A DNA stretch of 64,000 nucleotides from a virus (Duplodnaviria > Caudoviricetes). The notes under the pieces are model-generated. The model did no database searches. It worked only from the letters and a program-made list of their open reading frames with translations, and had not been told where the DNA came from. This document shows, piece by piece, positions 9,250-18,426 of this stretch. A program made the translations under genes and the position numbers. The stretch lies in IMG/VR virus record IMGVR_UViG_3300029305_006500; one strand, written 5' to 3'. How positions within the stretch are numbered: the first letter of the stretch is position 1; each line of letters starts with the position of its first letter.

Positions 9250-9511
9250 TGTTAAACTTGTTAGCCATTGGCACGGTTTTGATGAGTATTATGTTTTTTA
9301 TGATGATGCCTATATGACACAAGAACAGGCGGAAAAAGAATTCGAATGTATGGACATGGGTATGGGGTATGATCCTGAAAAATATCCTTACTATCTTATT
9401 GTTCCAGCGGTAAAGAAACCTATTTTGTCAGCTATTAAAGAATATCTTACTGATATTGGTTATGATATGGCACATAATATTTCTATGGAGGAAAAGTATG
9501 GCGGAGACTAA
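9233..9511 (+). CDS. Hypothetical protein
   Basis: AGGAGG RBS, ATG 9233. Confidence 0.7.
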   Translation: MLQQLDVKLVSHWHGFDEYYVFYDDAYMTQEQAEKEFECMDMGMGYDPEKYPYYLIVPAVKKPILSAIKEYLTDIGYDMAHNISMEEKYGGD

Positions 9512-9827
9512 ATGTGACTCTTGTGGAACTACTGCTGAATGTGTGCCAGTGTGTGGAGCTTTTGGTGCTATAACCTATTCTTGTTGTCTCAAATGTTTAG
9601 CTGAAGGTAGGGAGCCCTATAGAAATATTGTTGATTATGTTGCATCAGCTGGGCATTGGCCAGAAGATATTAATGCTACATATCAGCAAGAGGTTCGTTA
9701 TCAGCTTCTTTTGCACGAAAAATCTGAAGAAAGCTTTAAGTTTGATGTAGAGCAAACAATCGCTGAGGATCTTGTTTTTAGGAAAGATCAGGTTTTTACT
9801 TTTAAAATTCCTAAGGAGGATTTTTAA
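9498..9827 (+). CDS. Cys-rich hypothetical protein
   Basis: GGAGG RBS, CDSC/CLKC. Confidence 0.7.
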   Translation: MAETKCDSCGTTAECVPVCGAFGAITYSCCLKCLAEGREPYRNIVDYVASAGHWPEDINATYQQEVRYQLLLHEKSEESFKFDVEQTIAEDLVFRKDQVFTFKIPKEDF

Positions 9828-9828
9828 T

Positions 9829-10290
9829 ATGATTGAAAGACATACTTTCAGACAACTTATTGAGACAGTTGTTATTATAGAGTCTGGTATTGAGAAGTTT
9901 GAGACAGCCGTTAATTGTCATATTGATGATAATTGGATGGTAAATGCCCCGTGTAGAATTATTACTGCCATTGCTGAAGGATTTTTTGAAAATTATACTC
10001 TTGAAAAAGAGAAAGGTCATCATTCGATAGTAGATTCTAAGCTTGAAACGATAGAGGAGCTTTTATATCATTTTATTTATATGGAGGACTGTGGGAACGA
10101 GTCTGAACATTGTAAGTCCAAGCTTGTAGTAGTAGATCAAGGAGAAGATACTGAGAAGGCACTTCCGTGCACCTGTATTGATGAGCTTTATGACATTATT
10201 CAAACCTATATAAATGATATGAGTCTTAATTTTAGTTTTAATTATTGTCACTCTTATAAAGAAGATAAGGAACTGAAGAATGAAAGCTAA
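9829..10290 (+). CDS. Hypothetical protein
   Basis: AGGAGG RBS, ATG 9829. Confidence 0.7.
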   Translation: MIERHTFRQLIETVVIIESGIEKFETAVNCHIDDNWMVNAPCRIITAIAEGFFENYTLEKEKGHHSIVDSKLETIEELLYHFIYMEDCGNESEHCKSKLVVVDQGEDTEKALPCTCIDELYDIIQTYINDMSLNFSFNYCHSYKEDKELKNES

Positions 10291-10477
10291 ATGTGGAAAT
10301 TGTGAATTTTTTCTTGGAATGGGAGATTGGGATCTTTGTTGCTCTAATCCACCAAAAGATGAAGTAAGCTGGGCTGGATTTTTGTGCTATGCAGATACTG
10401 ATCCGTGCCAAAATTATAGATATAAGGAATATAAGGAAAGAGGTGAGGCCAATGAAGTCAAGAGTAATTTTTCTTGA
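10280..10477 (+). CDS. Cys-rich hypothetical protein
   Basis: Operon packing. Confidence 0.65.
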   Translation: MKAKCGNCEFFLGMGDWDLCCSNPPKDEVSWAGFLCYADTDPCQNYRYKEYKERGEANEVKSNFS

Positions 10478-10995
10478 TTATGATTAGTGGCGGTGTTGTA
10501 AATACTCCAATGTGGAATGAAAAGGGTACTAAGTGTACTTATAATTTTCCACAGGATAATAAAGTAAATAATTTTCAAGCGGTACAATGGATTTCAGAGG
10601 CCTGCCAAAAGTTTCATTATGACATTGTAGTAACTTCTACTTGGCGCTGGGATGAGAATTACAAAGAGTGCCTTATTAATGGTGGTCTAAGACCTGGAAT
10701 TGAAATTCTAGATCGTACACCTGAAATTAGGGATCAGTGTAGAGGCTTTGAAATTAAGACGTATCTTAAGGAGCATCCTGAGATTAATTACTATATTATT
10801 ATTGATGATGATTGTGATATGCTTCCTGAGCAGATAGACCATTTTATTATGACTAATACTCATGTTGGTTTTACACTTACTGATTTTCAAAAATTTGAAG
10901 AAATTTACATGAGAGACAAAGGCCGAGGTGGAAGTTTTCCAGAAAGTAAGTACAAAGATTATAGAGGAGATACTAATAATGCTGAATATGTCTAA
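10452..10995 (+). pseudogene. HAD phosphatase (Swiss-army-knife RNA-repair type), frameshifted
   Basis: MKSRVIFLDYD then 7 extra nt (TAGTGGC) then GVVNT...VVTSTWR...RGFEI...YIIIDDDCDM in another frame. Confidence 0.75.
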
Positions 10996-11368
10996 TATGT
11001 TAGTTAGGGCACATCGTAAAGAAGATGGCACAGAGGTAGTTGGTTATTTTTATGCTCGTGTTTGGAATGATCAAGTTTTTGCTAATGTGCAGGAAGTAGA
11101 GGCCAAAGATGGGTTTTTTAAGACCTATGCAGTATATCCTGATACTGTCTGTCGTTGTGTAGGCAGTAGAGATTGCAATAATGAGCTATTATTTGAGGGT
11201 GATGTAGTTTCTACTAAATACGGCCGAAAGTGCAAGATTGTTTGGAAGCATACTAATTGTTTTATTGGGTGGGACCTTGAGCCTATAGATGATTGCGTAT
11301 CACCGCCCCCGACAGAATGGGATCTCTGGTGCCCAGAAAATATAGAAAGGATAAATAATGATCAGTAA
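10979..11368 (+). CDS. YopX-family protein
   Basis: VYPDTVCRCVGSRDCNNELLFEGDVV resembles the YopX core. Confidence 0.7.
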   Translation: MLNMSNMLVRAHRKEDGTEVVGYFYARVWNDQVFANVQEVEAKDGFFKTYAVYPDTVCRCVGSRDCNNELLFEGDVVSTKYGRKCKIVWKHTNCFIGWDLEPIDDCVSPPPTEWDLWCPENIERINNDQ

Positions 11369-11798
11369 AGAACAAGCAATTGAAATTGTACGTAAATTTG
11401 ATTTTTTTCAGGGCCAAAGAGCTGGCAGAGAGCTTTGGGCTACTAAGCCTACTGAAGTGCAGAATGTAGATCTTATGAGCTTTTCTTCTGACTGCGGTGA
11501 TTTGCTTGAGTATCTTGAGAAGACTCAGGAACCTGGTTATCAACTTAATAGCATTCCAGAGAAGTGCTGGATTATTTTTGATATGCCGGGTTTTTATGAT
11601 ATTTATGAATATGAAGTTGATCGAGTATCTTTTGTAAAAGATAAGATTGATAAGCTTTGGTGTTCTAGAGAGCATGAAGGCACTGTAGTGACAAGTCATG
11701 ATCTTAACAGAGTTGTATTTTTTTCAAAAGAAGCTGCAAGTAGGGCATTAACAGAGCTTATTATGCAAAGACGAGGTGAAGTAAATGGAGAAGTGTGA
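11358..11798 (+). CDS. Hypothetical protein
   Basis: RBS, overlap; C-terminal VFFSKEAA motif. Confidence 0.7.
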   Translation: MISKEQAIEIVRKFDFFQGQRAGRELWATKPTEVQNVDLMSFSSDCGDLLEYLEKTQEPGYQLNSIPEKCWIIFDMPGFYDIYEYEVDRVSFVKDKIDKLWCSREHEGTVVTSHDLNRVVFFSKEAASRALTELIMQRRGEVNGEV

Positions 11799-12327
11799 TT
11801 GTTGGGTTCAGGGTGTTTATAATTTTCCTTATTGCAATGGTACTAAGGAGCAAGATCCTTGCAAATGCGGGGGTGACCGTAGCAAGTGTGATTTTTATGC
11901 AGAAGTTAGACAGAAGGCAAAAGCGGAGCTTGAGAATGGCCCATTGCCAGTACCTGAAGGTACTAAGTTAAGCAGTTTTGGCCCTTCTAAAAATGGTTAT
12001 CGGTATGATATTTTTGAGTGGGTTGCTTTCTCTGTAGACCAGCCTAAAGCGCTGCCAGGTATTGAGTATAAGATATTATTTTGTTATACTACACCTTGTA
12101 ATGATATTGGCATGAATATTTGTAGTATTGGTGAAAATGATGCTGAATTTATTAAGCACATTTTCGATGCAGATAACCTCTTGTACTGGTGCTACATCCA
12201 GCCGCCCAAACATTTAGTAGATAAACAAGCGGCAATTAAGAGGCTCCAAGCGTGCGGTATCCTTGATGAGAATGGTGATCTTGTGGAAGTCTATAAAGAT
12301 ATTTTTATAAAGGTGGATGATCTATGA
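11785..12327 (+). CDS. Hypothetical protein, Cys-rich N-terminus
   Basis: RBS, overlap. Confidence 0.7.
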   Translation: MEKCDCWVQGVYNFPYCNGTKEQDPCKCGGDRSKCDFYAEVRQKAKAELENGPLPVPEGTKLSSFGPSKNGYRYDIFEWVAFSVDQPKALPGIEYKILFCYTTPCNDIGMNICSIGENDAEFIKHIFDADNLLYWCYIQPPKHLVDKQAAIKRLQACGILDENGDLVEVYKDIFIKVDDL

Positions 12328-12779
12328 TGTTTTGGATAGGACTAGTAGCTGGATTGATTTTTTGGCAGTTAATTGTATTAGTAGTTTATTTTATCTGGCA
12401 AGAAGACGAAGATAAGGCAATTGTGGCTGCTACAGGTTTACCAGGTGTTATTTTACTTTTGTATATCAACATACATAAAAAGCTCAAGTATCTATATAGA
12501 CACGCAAGATATAAAGGTGCTTTATTAGATATCAATAATAAGCCTTGTTATTGCGATTCTATAGATGTAAATGATTATATCGAGGCTGGATTTAAACTTA
12601 ATACAGAATTACGGGATAAATATAAAATCGAAGATGGCTGGAATCCTGAAGACTGTGCATGGCAAGGTGTTCCAAACTTACGTTATACCCCAATAAAAAT
12701 TTTAAAGAAAGAGGCAGCCTATAAGCTACCCAGATACGTGGAAGGAGATTTTAAAAATGACATTAAAGGAAACGATTAA
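12324..12779 (+). CDS. Membrane protein
   Basis: Two N-terminal TM segments. Confidence 0.7.
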   Translation: MMFWIGLVAGLIFWQLIVLVVYFIWQEDEDKAIVAATGLPGVILLLYINIHKKLKYLYRHARYKGALLDINNKPCYCDSIDVNDYIEAGFKLNTELRDKYKIEDGWNPEDCAWQGVPNLRYTPIKILKKEAAYKLPRYVEGDFKNDIKGND

Positions 12780-13179
12780 TGATAGATGGAAAGAAGCTTT
12801 TAAGGCTAAGGATCAGGCTAAGCGAGATACTTATGAGTTCTTAAAGCAGAGAATTTTGGTGGCTGAAAAGTCTGGTCAGTTTGAACTTCCTCTCTCTGAT
12901 GAACAGATTACTAATTTAATTATAAAAGAATATAAAGAGCGCGAAGATCTTTTGCTTCTTTATGAACCTGGAGAGCCAGCTTATCTTAGCGCAAAAGCAT
13001 CATTAGATGAACTTGAGCAATATCTTCCTAAGCAGATGAGTGAGGAGGAAGTCGTTGCTATTATCAAGCGCATCGAGGAGACCGAGTCTAATGTAGGTAA
13101 GGTTATTGGACTTACTGTAAAGGAAGTTGGCAATCGGTTTGATAAATCTAAAATTGCGGCTCTTGTTAAAAATTCATAA
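12757..13179 (+). CDS. GatB/YqeY-domain protein
   Basis: LKETI...KEAFKAKD...EQYLPKQMSEEEV...GKVIG YqeY pattern. Confidence 0.88.
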   Translation: MTLKETINDRWKEAFKAKDQAKRDTYEFLKQRILVAEKSGQFELPLSDEQITNLIIKEYKEREDLLLLYEPGEPAYLSAKASLDELEQYLPKQMSEEEVVAIIKRIEETESNVGKVIGLTVKEVGNRFDKSKIAALVKNS

Positions 13180-13194
13180 AGGAGAATTAAATAT

Positions 13195-13599
13195 ATGGAA
13201 ATTAATACTGAGTACATTGTAGGTTATTGTATGTCTACTATCAATAGTAAGTTAGTCAATACAGATTTTTCGAAGGACGATATAGTTACAGTAGAGATCC
13301 CATTTTTCACTTATTGGTATGTAGATTCTTCAAATGAGTCTCAGGACAATAGAATTATCATTAATGATGATGTTCGAAGATCTGCGTATGACAACTTTGT
13401 AAATACAAAACAAACTATGCTTGATAAATCTCTTATATATCATTTTAATCATACGTTTCAGTCTGATTTTCAGATTGTAAATACAGAGCTGATACTAGTT
13501 ACGCTAAATCCTGAAAATAAATCTAGACTACTTCCAACATATAGAGTAACTATACGTAGAGTATCTAGTACAGGGGGTGTTATTAATGCAAGGTGTTGA
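13195..13599 (+). CDS. Hypothetical protein
   Basis: AAGGAG RBS. Confidence 0.7.
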   Translation: MEINTEYIVGYCMSTINSKLVNTDFSKDDIVTVEIPFFTYWYVDSSNESQDNRIIINDDVRRSAYDNFVNTKQTMLDKSLIYHFNHTFQSDFQIVNTELILVTLNPENKSRLLPTYRVTIRRVSSTGGVINARC

Positions 13600-13948
13600 A
13601 ATTCTAACTACAACTACGAAGTATGAAACAGAACCGATATGGTGGGTATGGTTGATATTTGGTTGTATTATCGCAGCTGTGTGGCTAATAACTAGTCTCT
13701 GTTTCTATTTTAGCTCTTATGATTCTGGATTTGTTTCAGTTCTTATTGGGCTTGAAATAAGCTGTTTAGCTACACTGTTACTTATTATTCCATTCGGAGC
13801 AATGGCCACAAAAACCTTAGATACTGTTGATTATTACAAGCATGAAGTAATAATTGATGAAACAGTTAATATGACAGAATTTTTAGATAAGTATGAAATA
13901 GTTGATGAGCGTGGAAAGATACTTACAGTTATTGAAGATGTAAATTGA
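13577..13948 (+). CDS. Membrane protein
   Basis: Two TM segments; MTEFLDKYEIVDERGKI tail. Confidence 0.7.
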   Translation: MLLMQGVEILTTTTKYETEPIWWVWLIFGCIIAAVWLITSLCFYFSSYDSGFVSVLIGLEISCLATLLLIIPFGAMATKTLDTVDYYKHEVIIDETVNMTEFLDKYEIVDERGKILTVIEDVN

Positions 13949-13963
13949 AAGGACAGTATTTAA

Positions 13964-14476
13964 ATGAAAGTATTTCTTATTATTCTTTGTATTGTGTTAA
14001 TTATTGTACCAATTATCGTATACGGTGGAGCAATAGTTAATGCTATTCAGTTTGAAGCAAATTGTACTAGTTATTTGAAGATGGCTGCAGATGCAAATGA
14101 TGTAAAGATTGCTAACAAGCATCTAACTTCGGCTGTTGAATACCTAGAAAAAAATAATTTGATAAGCGGAAACACAAAAGTATTTATTTATAAACCTACA
14201 TGTGATATTGGATTGTGGTATGAAAATTTGAAGTCTGCTCAAGAACAGTTGAATGAAGTTTGTGTAAAAGAAGATTTAACTGAACTAGAAGAGTCTAATA
14301 TGCTCATGAAGTTGCGAGAGACTTTGCTCGATGGAGAAGGAACTGTTACGCATCCTTCAATGATTTCATTTTATCCTAACCATGTAGTATGGTTTTGGGC
14401 TATGCTGCTTATTTGGGCATTGTGGATAGGAGCAGGCTTTGCTGGTTGGGGTGCATCAGAGTGTGATTATTATTAA
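13964..14476 (+). CDS. Membrane protein
   Basis: N- and C-terminal TM segments. Confidence 0.75.
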   Translation: MKVFLIILCIVLIIVPIIVYGGAIVNAIQFEANCTSYLKMAADANDVKIANKHLTSAVEYLEKNNLISGNTKVFIYKPTCDIGLWYENLKSAQEQLNEVCVKEDLTELEESNMLMKLRETLLDGEGTVTHPSMISFYPNHVVWFWAMLLIWALWIGAGFAGWGASECDYY

Positions 14477-14479
14477 ACT

Positions 14480-14752
14480 ATGAAGAAAAGAAAATATGTC
14501 TATAATGCAAGTTTTAGTAAAATAAAAGATAATATTGAGGATACTACTTATGGTCTTTGCCCGGCACCTATGTCCGCGCAAGAAGCTTTATTCATTCTTA
14601 CAGATTATCTTCTAGGAGATACTTGGTATCATACCTTATCTTGTAGCCAAGAACAGGAAAACGCAATTATAGTTGAGCAGATTTTAGATAAGCACTCAAA
14701 ACAGTGGCAGAAAGATTGGAAAAATTATAAAAAAAGGGACTTAAATTCTTAA
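14480..14752 (+). CDS. Hypothetical protein
   Basis: Last ORF of operon, followed by hairpin 14734-14758. Confidence 0.7.
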   Translation: MKKRKYVYNASFSKIKDNIEDTTYGLCPAPMSAQEALFILTDYLLGDTWYHTLSCSQEQENAIIVEQILDKHSKQWQKDWKNYKKRDLNS

Positions 14753-14773
14753 GTCCCTATTGTATTATATAAT

Positions 14774-14878
14774 GTGAGTGCCATGAAGCTTAGCTTGGTC
14801 GGATGATTGATTATGGGTCATACCGGGTGCCAATAAGATTCAGGAGCAGTGGTAAATGGAATGCGATAAACAGCTCAC
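14774..14878 (+). ncRNA. Scaffold RNA family II, copy 1
   Basis: GTGAG-TGCCATGAAGC...GCAGTGGTAAATGGAATGCGATAAACAG-CTCAC; starts right after class-1 promoter 14760-14773. Confidence 0.75.
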
Positions 14879-14880
14879 TA

Positions 14881-14975
14881 GTAGGTGCCACGAAGCTTGG
14901 TGATTGTATGCTGAAATGGGTACACCCTCCCAAGATTACGGAGTTGTGGTAAATGGAATGAGATGAACAGCCTAC
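14881..14975 (+). ncRNA. Scaffold RNA family II, copy 2
   Basis: GTAGG-TGCCACGAAGC...GTTGTGGTAAATGGAATGAGATGAACAG-CCTAC. Confidence 0.75.
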
Positions 14976-15063
14976 ACTACGAACAATACGCCAACCGGCT
15001 GAGACTCGTAGAAAAATAAACTCAGAAGGGAAGAGAGCAACGAGCTTTGACATTTGCCGAGAC

Positions 15064-15158
15064 TTAGGTGCCACGAAGCGCTGGATATGGAGATCATGAG
15101 TGAAGTATTTGGTGAGGTTGTAAGAAGCTGTGGTAATGGAAAGAGTTAAACAGCCTGG
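15064..15158 (+). ncRNA. Scaffold RNA family II, copy 3
   Basis: TTAGG-TGCCACGAAGC...GCTGTGGTAATGGAAAGAGTTAAACAG-CCTGG. Confidence 0.72.
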
Positions 15159-15229
15159 TCTGATTTGGTGTTGAACGTGGGAAGTTCCCTGTAGTCTTCG
15201 CTTGGACTGCCAAAACAAGAGACTTACTA

Positions 15230-15333
15230 TCAAAGAGTGCTACGAAGCCGATTGAGCGTTAGGCAAGCCTGTATCGGAAAGCGGTGTCCCTGAAGCAGCA
15301 GTAGTAAATGGAGTGAGATGAACAGCTCTTTGA
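15230..15333 (+). ncRNA. Scaffold RNA family II, copy 4
   Basis: TCAAAGAG-TGCTACGAAGC...GCAGTAGTAAATGGAGTGAGATGAACAG-CTCTTTGA. Confidence 0.75.
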
Positions 15334-15359
15334 AATCTTTTATTTAGGAAGGAGACCTT

Positions 15360-15690
15360 ATTTATGACGAGTACGAAAATTTGTGAGGATACTCCACCTG
15401 TTAATGTGAAGTACTGACTAAGACGTTAGTTAGTACTTGTGGGCACAGGATCAGCATCGCTGAGGAAAACGAGACATACTGTGAGTTGAGGTTAGGTGGG
15501 AGGCCTCTGAGAGTTTTACTTGTTTTGTAACTGTTAAAACAAGTTGGCAGCACATACTATTGAGGGAGTACGCCAATTGCGAAGTTATAAAGCTTGAGGT
15601 AAAGAGCAAGAAATAACAAGAGCGGCCTGAGTAAATATCAGGTGTGTTGTGGGTAACGAAATCCCATGTCCTTCACTCTATCCGTATTAA
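15360..15690 (+). ncRNA. Unidentified structured RNA
   Basis: No ORF, several hairpins, GTGAGGA/TCCTTCAC long-range pairing. Confidence 0.4.
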
Positions 15691-15829
15691 ATTTAATAGT
15701 GCCACGAAGTCTTAGATGACAAGTTATTAGTTAGCTTAGGAGAGGGGCTATGAAGTACAAGTAGCTTAATTATCCTTTTTGTATACACAAGCAGTGGTAA
15801 ATGGAGTTTGAGGAACAGCTATTAAATTT
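15689..15829 (+). ncRNA. Scaffold RNA family II, copy 5
   Basis: AAATTTAATAG-TGCCACGAAGT...GCAGTGGTAAATGGAGTTTGAGGAACAG-CTATTAAATTT. Confidence 0.75.
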
Positions 15830-15837
15830 TGTTGTAT

Positions 15838-15899
15838 GGGTCATTGCTTCTTGGGTGAGCGAGGGACGCCTTGATGAGTTCAAATCTCATAATGACCCC
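15838..15899 (+). ncRNA. Miniature tRNA-like RNA without anticodon loop
   Basis: GGGTCATT/AATGACCC acceptor-like stem, T-arm ATGAG-TTCAAAT-CTCAT, tetraloop in place of anticodon loop, no CCA. Confidence 0.5.
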
Positions 15900-15910
15900 T
15901 AATTTTATAT

Positions 15911-16043
15911 CCAAGGCTGGCGGAACGGGCAACACCAATATAAGTCCCGACTCATAGGTCAGTGAGAGGTAGACGCAGGTCGGAGAAGATCGGCTATCAA
16001 TGATCAGGGTAGCGTTCAGGTTCAAATCCTGGGCCTTGGGCCA
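15911..16043 (+). ncRNA. tRNA-Ser/Leu-like RNA with D-loop insertion
   Basis: CCAAGGC/GCCTTGG-G-CCA, TGGCGGAA...GGTAGACGC D arm split by about 40 nt, T-loop TTCAAAT. Confidence 0.6.
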
Positions 16044-16067
16044 TTTTTTAGTATAAGGAGATCAATA

Positions 16068-16994
16068 ATGTTAATTGGAATTGACTTTGATGGTGTAATG
16101 AATAATATGGTAGAAACTTGGGTAGCTATGCTGAATGATATGTATGGCTTTTCTGTACAAGTTTCAGATATTAAGTCGTGGGAAATGAAAAAAGCTTTTC
16201 CGAAGTTAACTGACGATGAATTGTTTGCTCCTTTGCACATTCCTGAATTTTGGGATAAAGTTACTGCAAAGCATGAGGCTCCAGAAGTAGTTGCCAAGCT
16301 AATTGCTGATGGGCATAGAGTTTATGTGGTTACAACCACTCATTATAATACTTTGGAACCCAAACTTACTAGATGTTTATTTAAGTATTTTCCTTTTTTA
16401 AGTCATCATAATATTATTATTACTTATAATAAATCTTTAATTAATTGCGATTTGCTTCTAGATGATGCAGAACATAATTTAATTGACTTTAATGGTATAA
16501 GAGTTTTATTTGATGCTACTTACAATAAGGCTGCAACTACTTATGATTATCGAGTAAGTTCTTGGAAGGAATTCTATATTCTCGTATGTGGATTAGAAAG
16601 CCGAGTTAATACACCTCCAACCAGAGTGTATAGATTTTCGGCAGGCCGTGGCCAGGGAAAAACTGCATGGCTTCATCAAATGATTAAAGACTCAGAAGGC
16701 TTTGATTGCTATTTTATAGGATCTATTAATCAGCATAGAGCTTTTTGTAAAAGTTTTATGGAGCGTTTTGGTCAACGATGTAATGTTCAGGCATTAAGTA
16801 ACCTTGAAGATTTAAAGGGCCTAAAGCCTGATGCAAGGATTTTTGTAGACATGCCTTCGCAATTTGCAATTAATTCTGAAATTTTTACGGTATTTAAAGA
16901 GTTATTTTTAGCTAGAAATAACTTAATTTTTGTAGCTGATTTTGAAAACATAAATTGGTATGCTATTCATAGTTTAGACAGAAGGAGAGGCTAA
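16068..16994 (+). CDS. 5'(3')-deoxyribonucleotidase (HAD) fused to P-loop-like domain
   Basis: IGIDFDGV, K...DLLLDDAEHN, YN; C-terminal AGRGQGKT. Confidence 0.85.
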   Translation: MLIGIDFDGVMNNMVETWVAMLNDMYGFSVQVSDIKSWEMKKAFPKLTDDELFAPLHIPEFWDKVTAKHEAPEVVAKLIADGHRVYVVTTTHYNTLEPKLTRCLFKYFPFLSHHNIIITYNKSLINCDLLLDDAEHNLIDFNGIRVLFDATYNKAATTYDYRVSSWKEFYILVCGLESRVNTPPTRVYRFSAGRGQGKTAWLHQMIKDSEGFDCYFIGSINQHRAFCKSFMERFGQRCNVQALSNLEDLKGLKPDARIFVDMPSQFAINSEIFTVFKELFLARNNLIFVADFENINWYAIHSLDRRRG

Positions 16995-16995
16995 T

Positions 16996-18417
16996 ATGAG
17001 CTATTATGGAATTGTAACTACTTTAAAGGATGTTAGAAAGCATCCTAATGCAGATCGCCTGCAGCTTGCAGACATTTTTAGAACTACTGTTTGTGTATCT
17101 CTTGATTATACTGAGGGTCAACTTGGTGTATATTTCCCTACTGGTGGCCAGCTTTCTGTAAAGTTTGCTGAAGCTAATAACCTTCTTAGAAAGAAGGATG
17201 CTGAGGGCAATAATATTGGTGGCTACATGGATCCTGATAAAAGAAACGTGACTGCTATTAAGCTTAGGGGTGAGAAGTCTGACGGTCTTTTCCTTCCTCT
17301 TACTTGCCTTGAGACTTTTGGCGATATTTCTTCCCTTAAGGTCGGAGACCATATAGATGTATTTAATGGTGAGGAAATCTGCACCAAGTACATACCTAAG
17401 ACTAGTGCAAGACGTGGACATGTATCTGAGGGCAATCATACTCGTAAATTTAAGGCGCCTATTGCACCTACCTTTGCAGAGCATGCAGATACAGAGCAGC
17501 TTGCTTATAATCTTGGAGCTTTCAAGACCGGGGATGAGCTTGAGCTTTCTCTTAAAATGCATGGTACTTCTCAGCGTACTGGCTATTTAAAGGTGCTTAC
17601 GGGTTATAAGAAGACTTTGCTCGATAAGATCTTTAAGCGTCCTGGAACTCCTATATATGACTGGGGCTATGTATCCGGTACTCGTCGTGTAGTACTTGAT
17701 ACTTTTGATGGTGGCTTTTATGGTTCTAATGAGTTCCGTAAGCAGCATCATGATACTTTTGTAGGAAAGCTTTGGAAGGGCGAGACTGTTTATTACGAGG
17801 TTGTAGGCTTTACTCACACTGGAGCACCTATTATGGGTAATGGTAACAATGAAAAGCTTGGCAAAGACTTTGTAAAGCAGTACGGTAAGGAGACTGTATT
17901 CTCTTATGGTTGTGACCCTGCGGGCATTCGTGAAGTTTATGGCTGTGATGAACAGGGTCACTTCAAGATGTTGCTTGACAAACCTACCTCAGATATTTAT
18001 GTATACCGTATGACTATGACTAACGAGGATGGGGAGGTAGTAGAATATACTCCTGATTTTATACGGTATCGTTGTGAGCAGATGGGTGTAAAAACTGTAC
18101 TAGTATTTGGTAAGGCTACTATTTCTGAAGATAGACTTCATTTTACTGCTCCAGACGGATATGATCATGATTATCTTATCGGGGATGGCGAGCTTGGTGA
18201 TATGGTCATGCGTTGTGCCGAGGATTATTTTGATGGTCCTGATCCTGTTGGTAAGACTCATATTCGTGAGGGTGTAGTAGTTCGTATTGTAAATCGTCCT
18301 AAGTTTGCTGCTTTTAAGCATAAGAATTTTTCATTTAAGGTACTCGAGGGTATTATTAGCGAGAAGCTAACTGAGTCTACTGTAGAGATTGCAGAAGATG
18401 TGCTTGCCGAGATGTAA
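16996..18417 (+). CDS. ATP-dependent RNA ligase (DRB0094/Rnl2-like) with N-terminal OB domain
   Basis: KHPNADRLQ, KLRGEKSDG, motif I KMHGTS, YEVVG, REGVVVR, FKHKNFSF. Confidence 0.88.
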   Translation: MSYYGIVTTLKDVRKHPNADRLQLADIFRTTVCVSLDYTEGQLGVYFPTGGQLSVKFAEANNLLRKKDAEGNNIGGYMDPDKRNVTAIKLRGEKSDGLFLPLTCLETFGDISSLKVGDHIDVFNGEEICTKYIPKTSARRGHVSEGNHTRKFKAPIAPTFAEHADTEQLAYNLGAFKTGDELELSLKMHGTSQRTGYLKVLTGYKKTLLDKIFKRPGTPIYDWGYVSGTRRVVLDTFDGGFYGSNEFRKQHHDTFVGKLWKGETVYYEVVGFTHTGAPIMGNGNNEKLGKDFVKQYGKETVFSYGCDPAGIREVYGCDEQGHFKMLLDKPTSDIYVYRMTMTNEDGEVVEYTPDFIRYRCEQMGVKTVLVFGKATISEDRLHFTAPDGYDHDYLIGDGELGDMVMRCAEDYFDGPDPVGKTHIREGVVVRIVNRPKFAAFKHKNFSFKVLEGIISEKLTESTVEIAEDVLAEM

Positions 18418-18426
18418 GAGGTAATT

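Noticed and set aside
14774-15829. CRISPR array
   Set aside because: Repeats are bipartite with covarying stems and irregular spacing; no cas genes in the window
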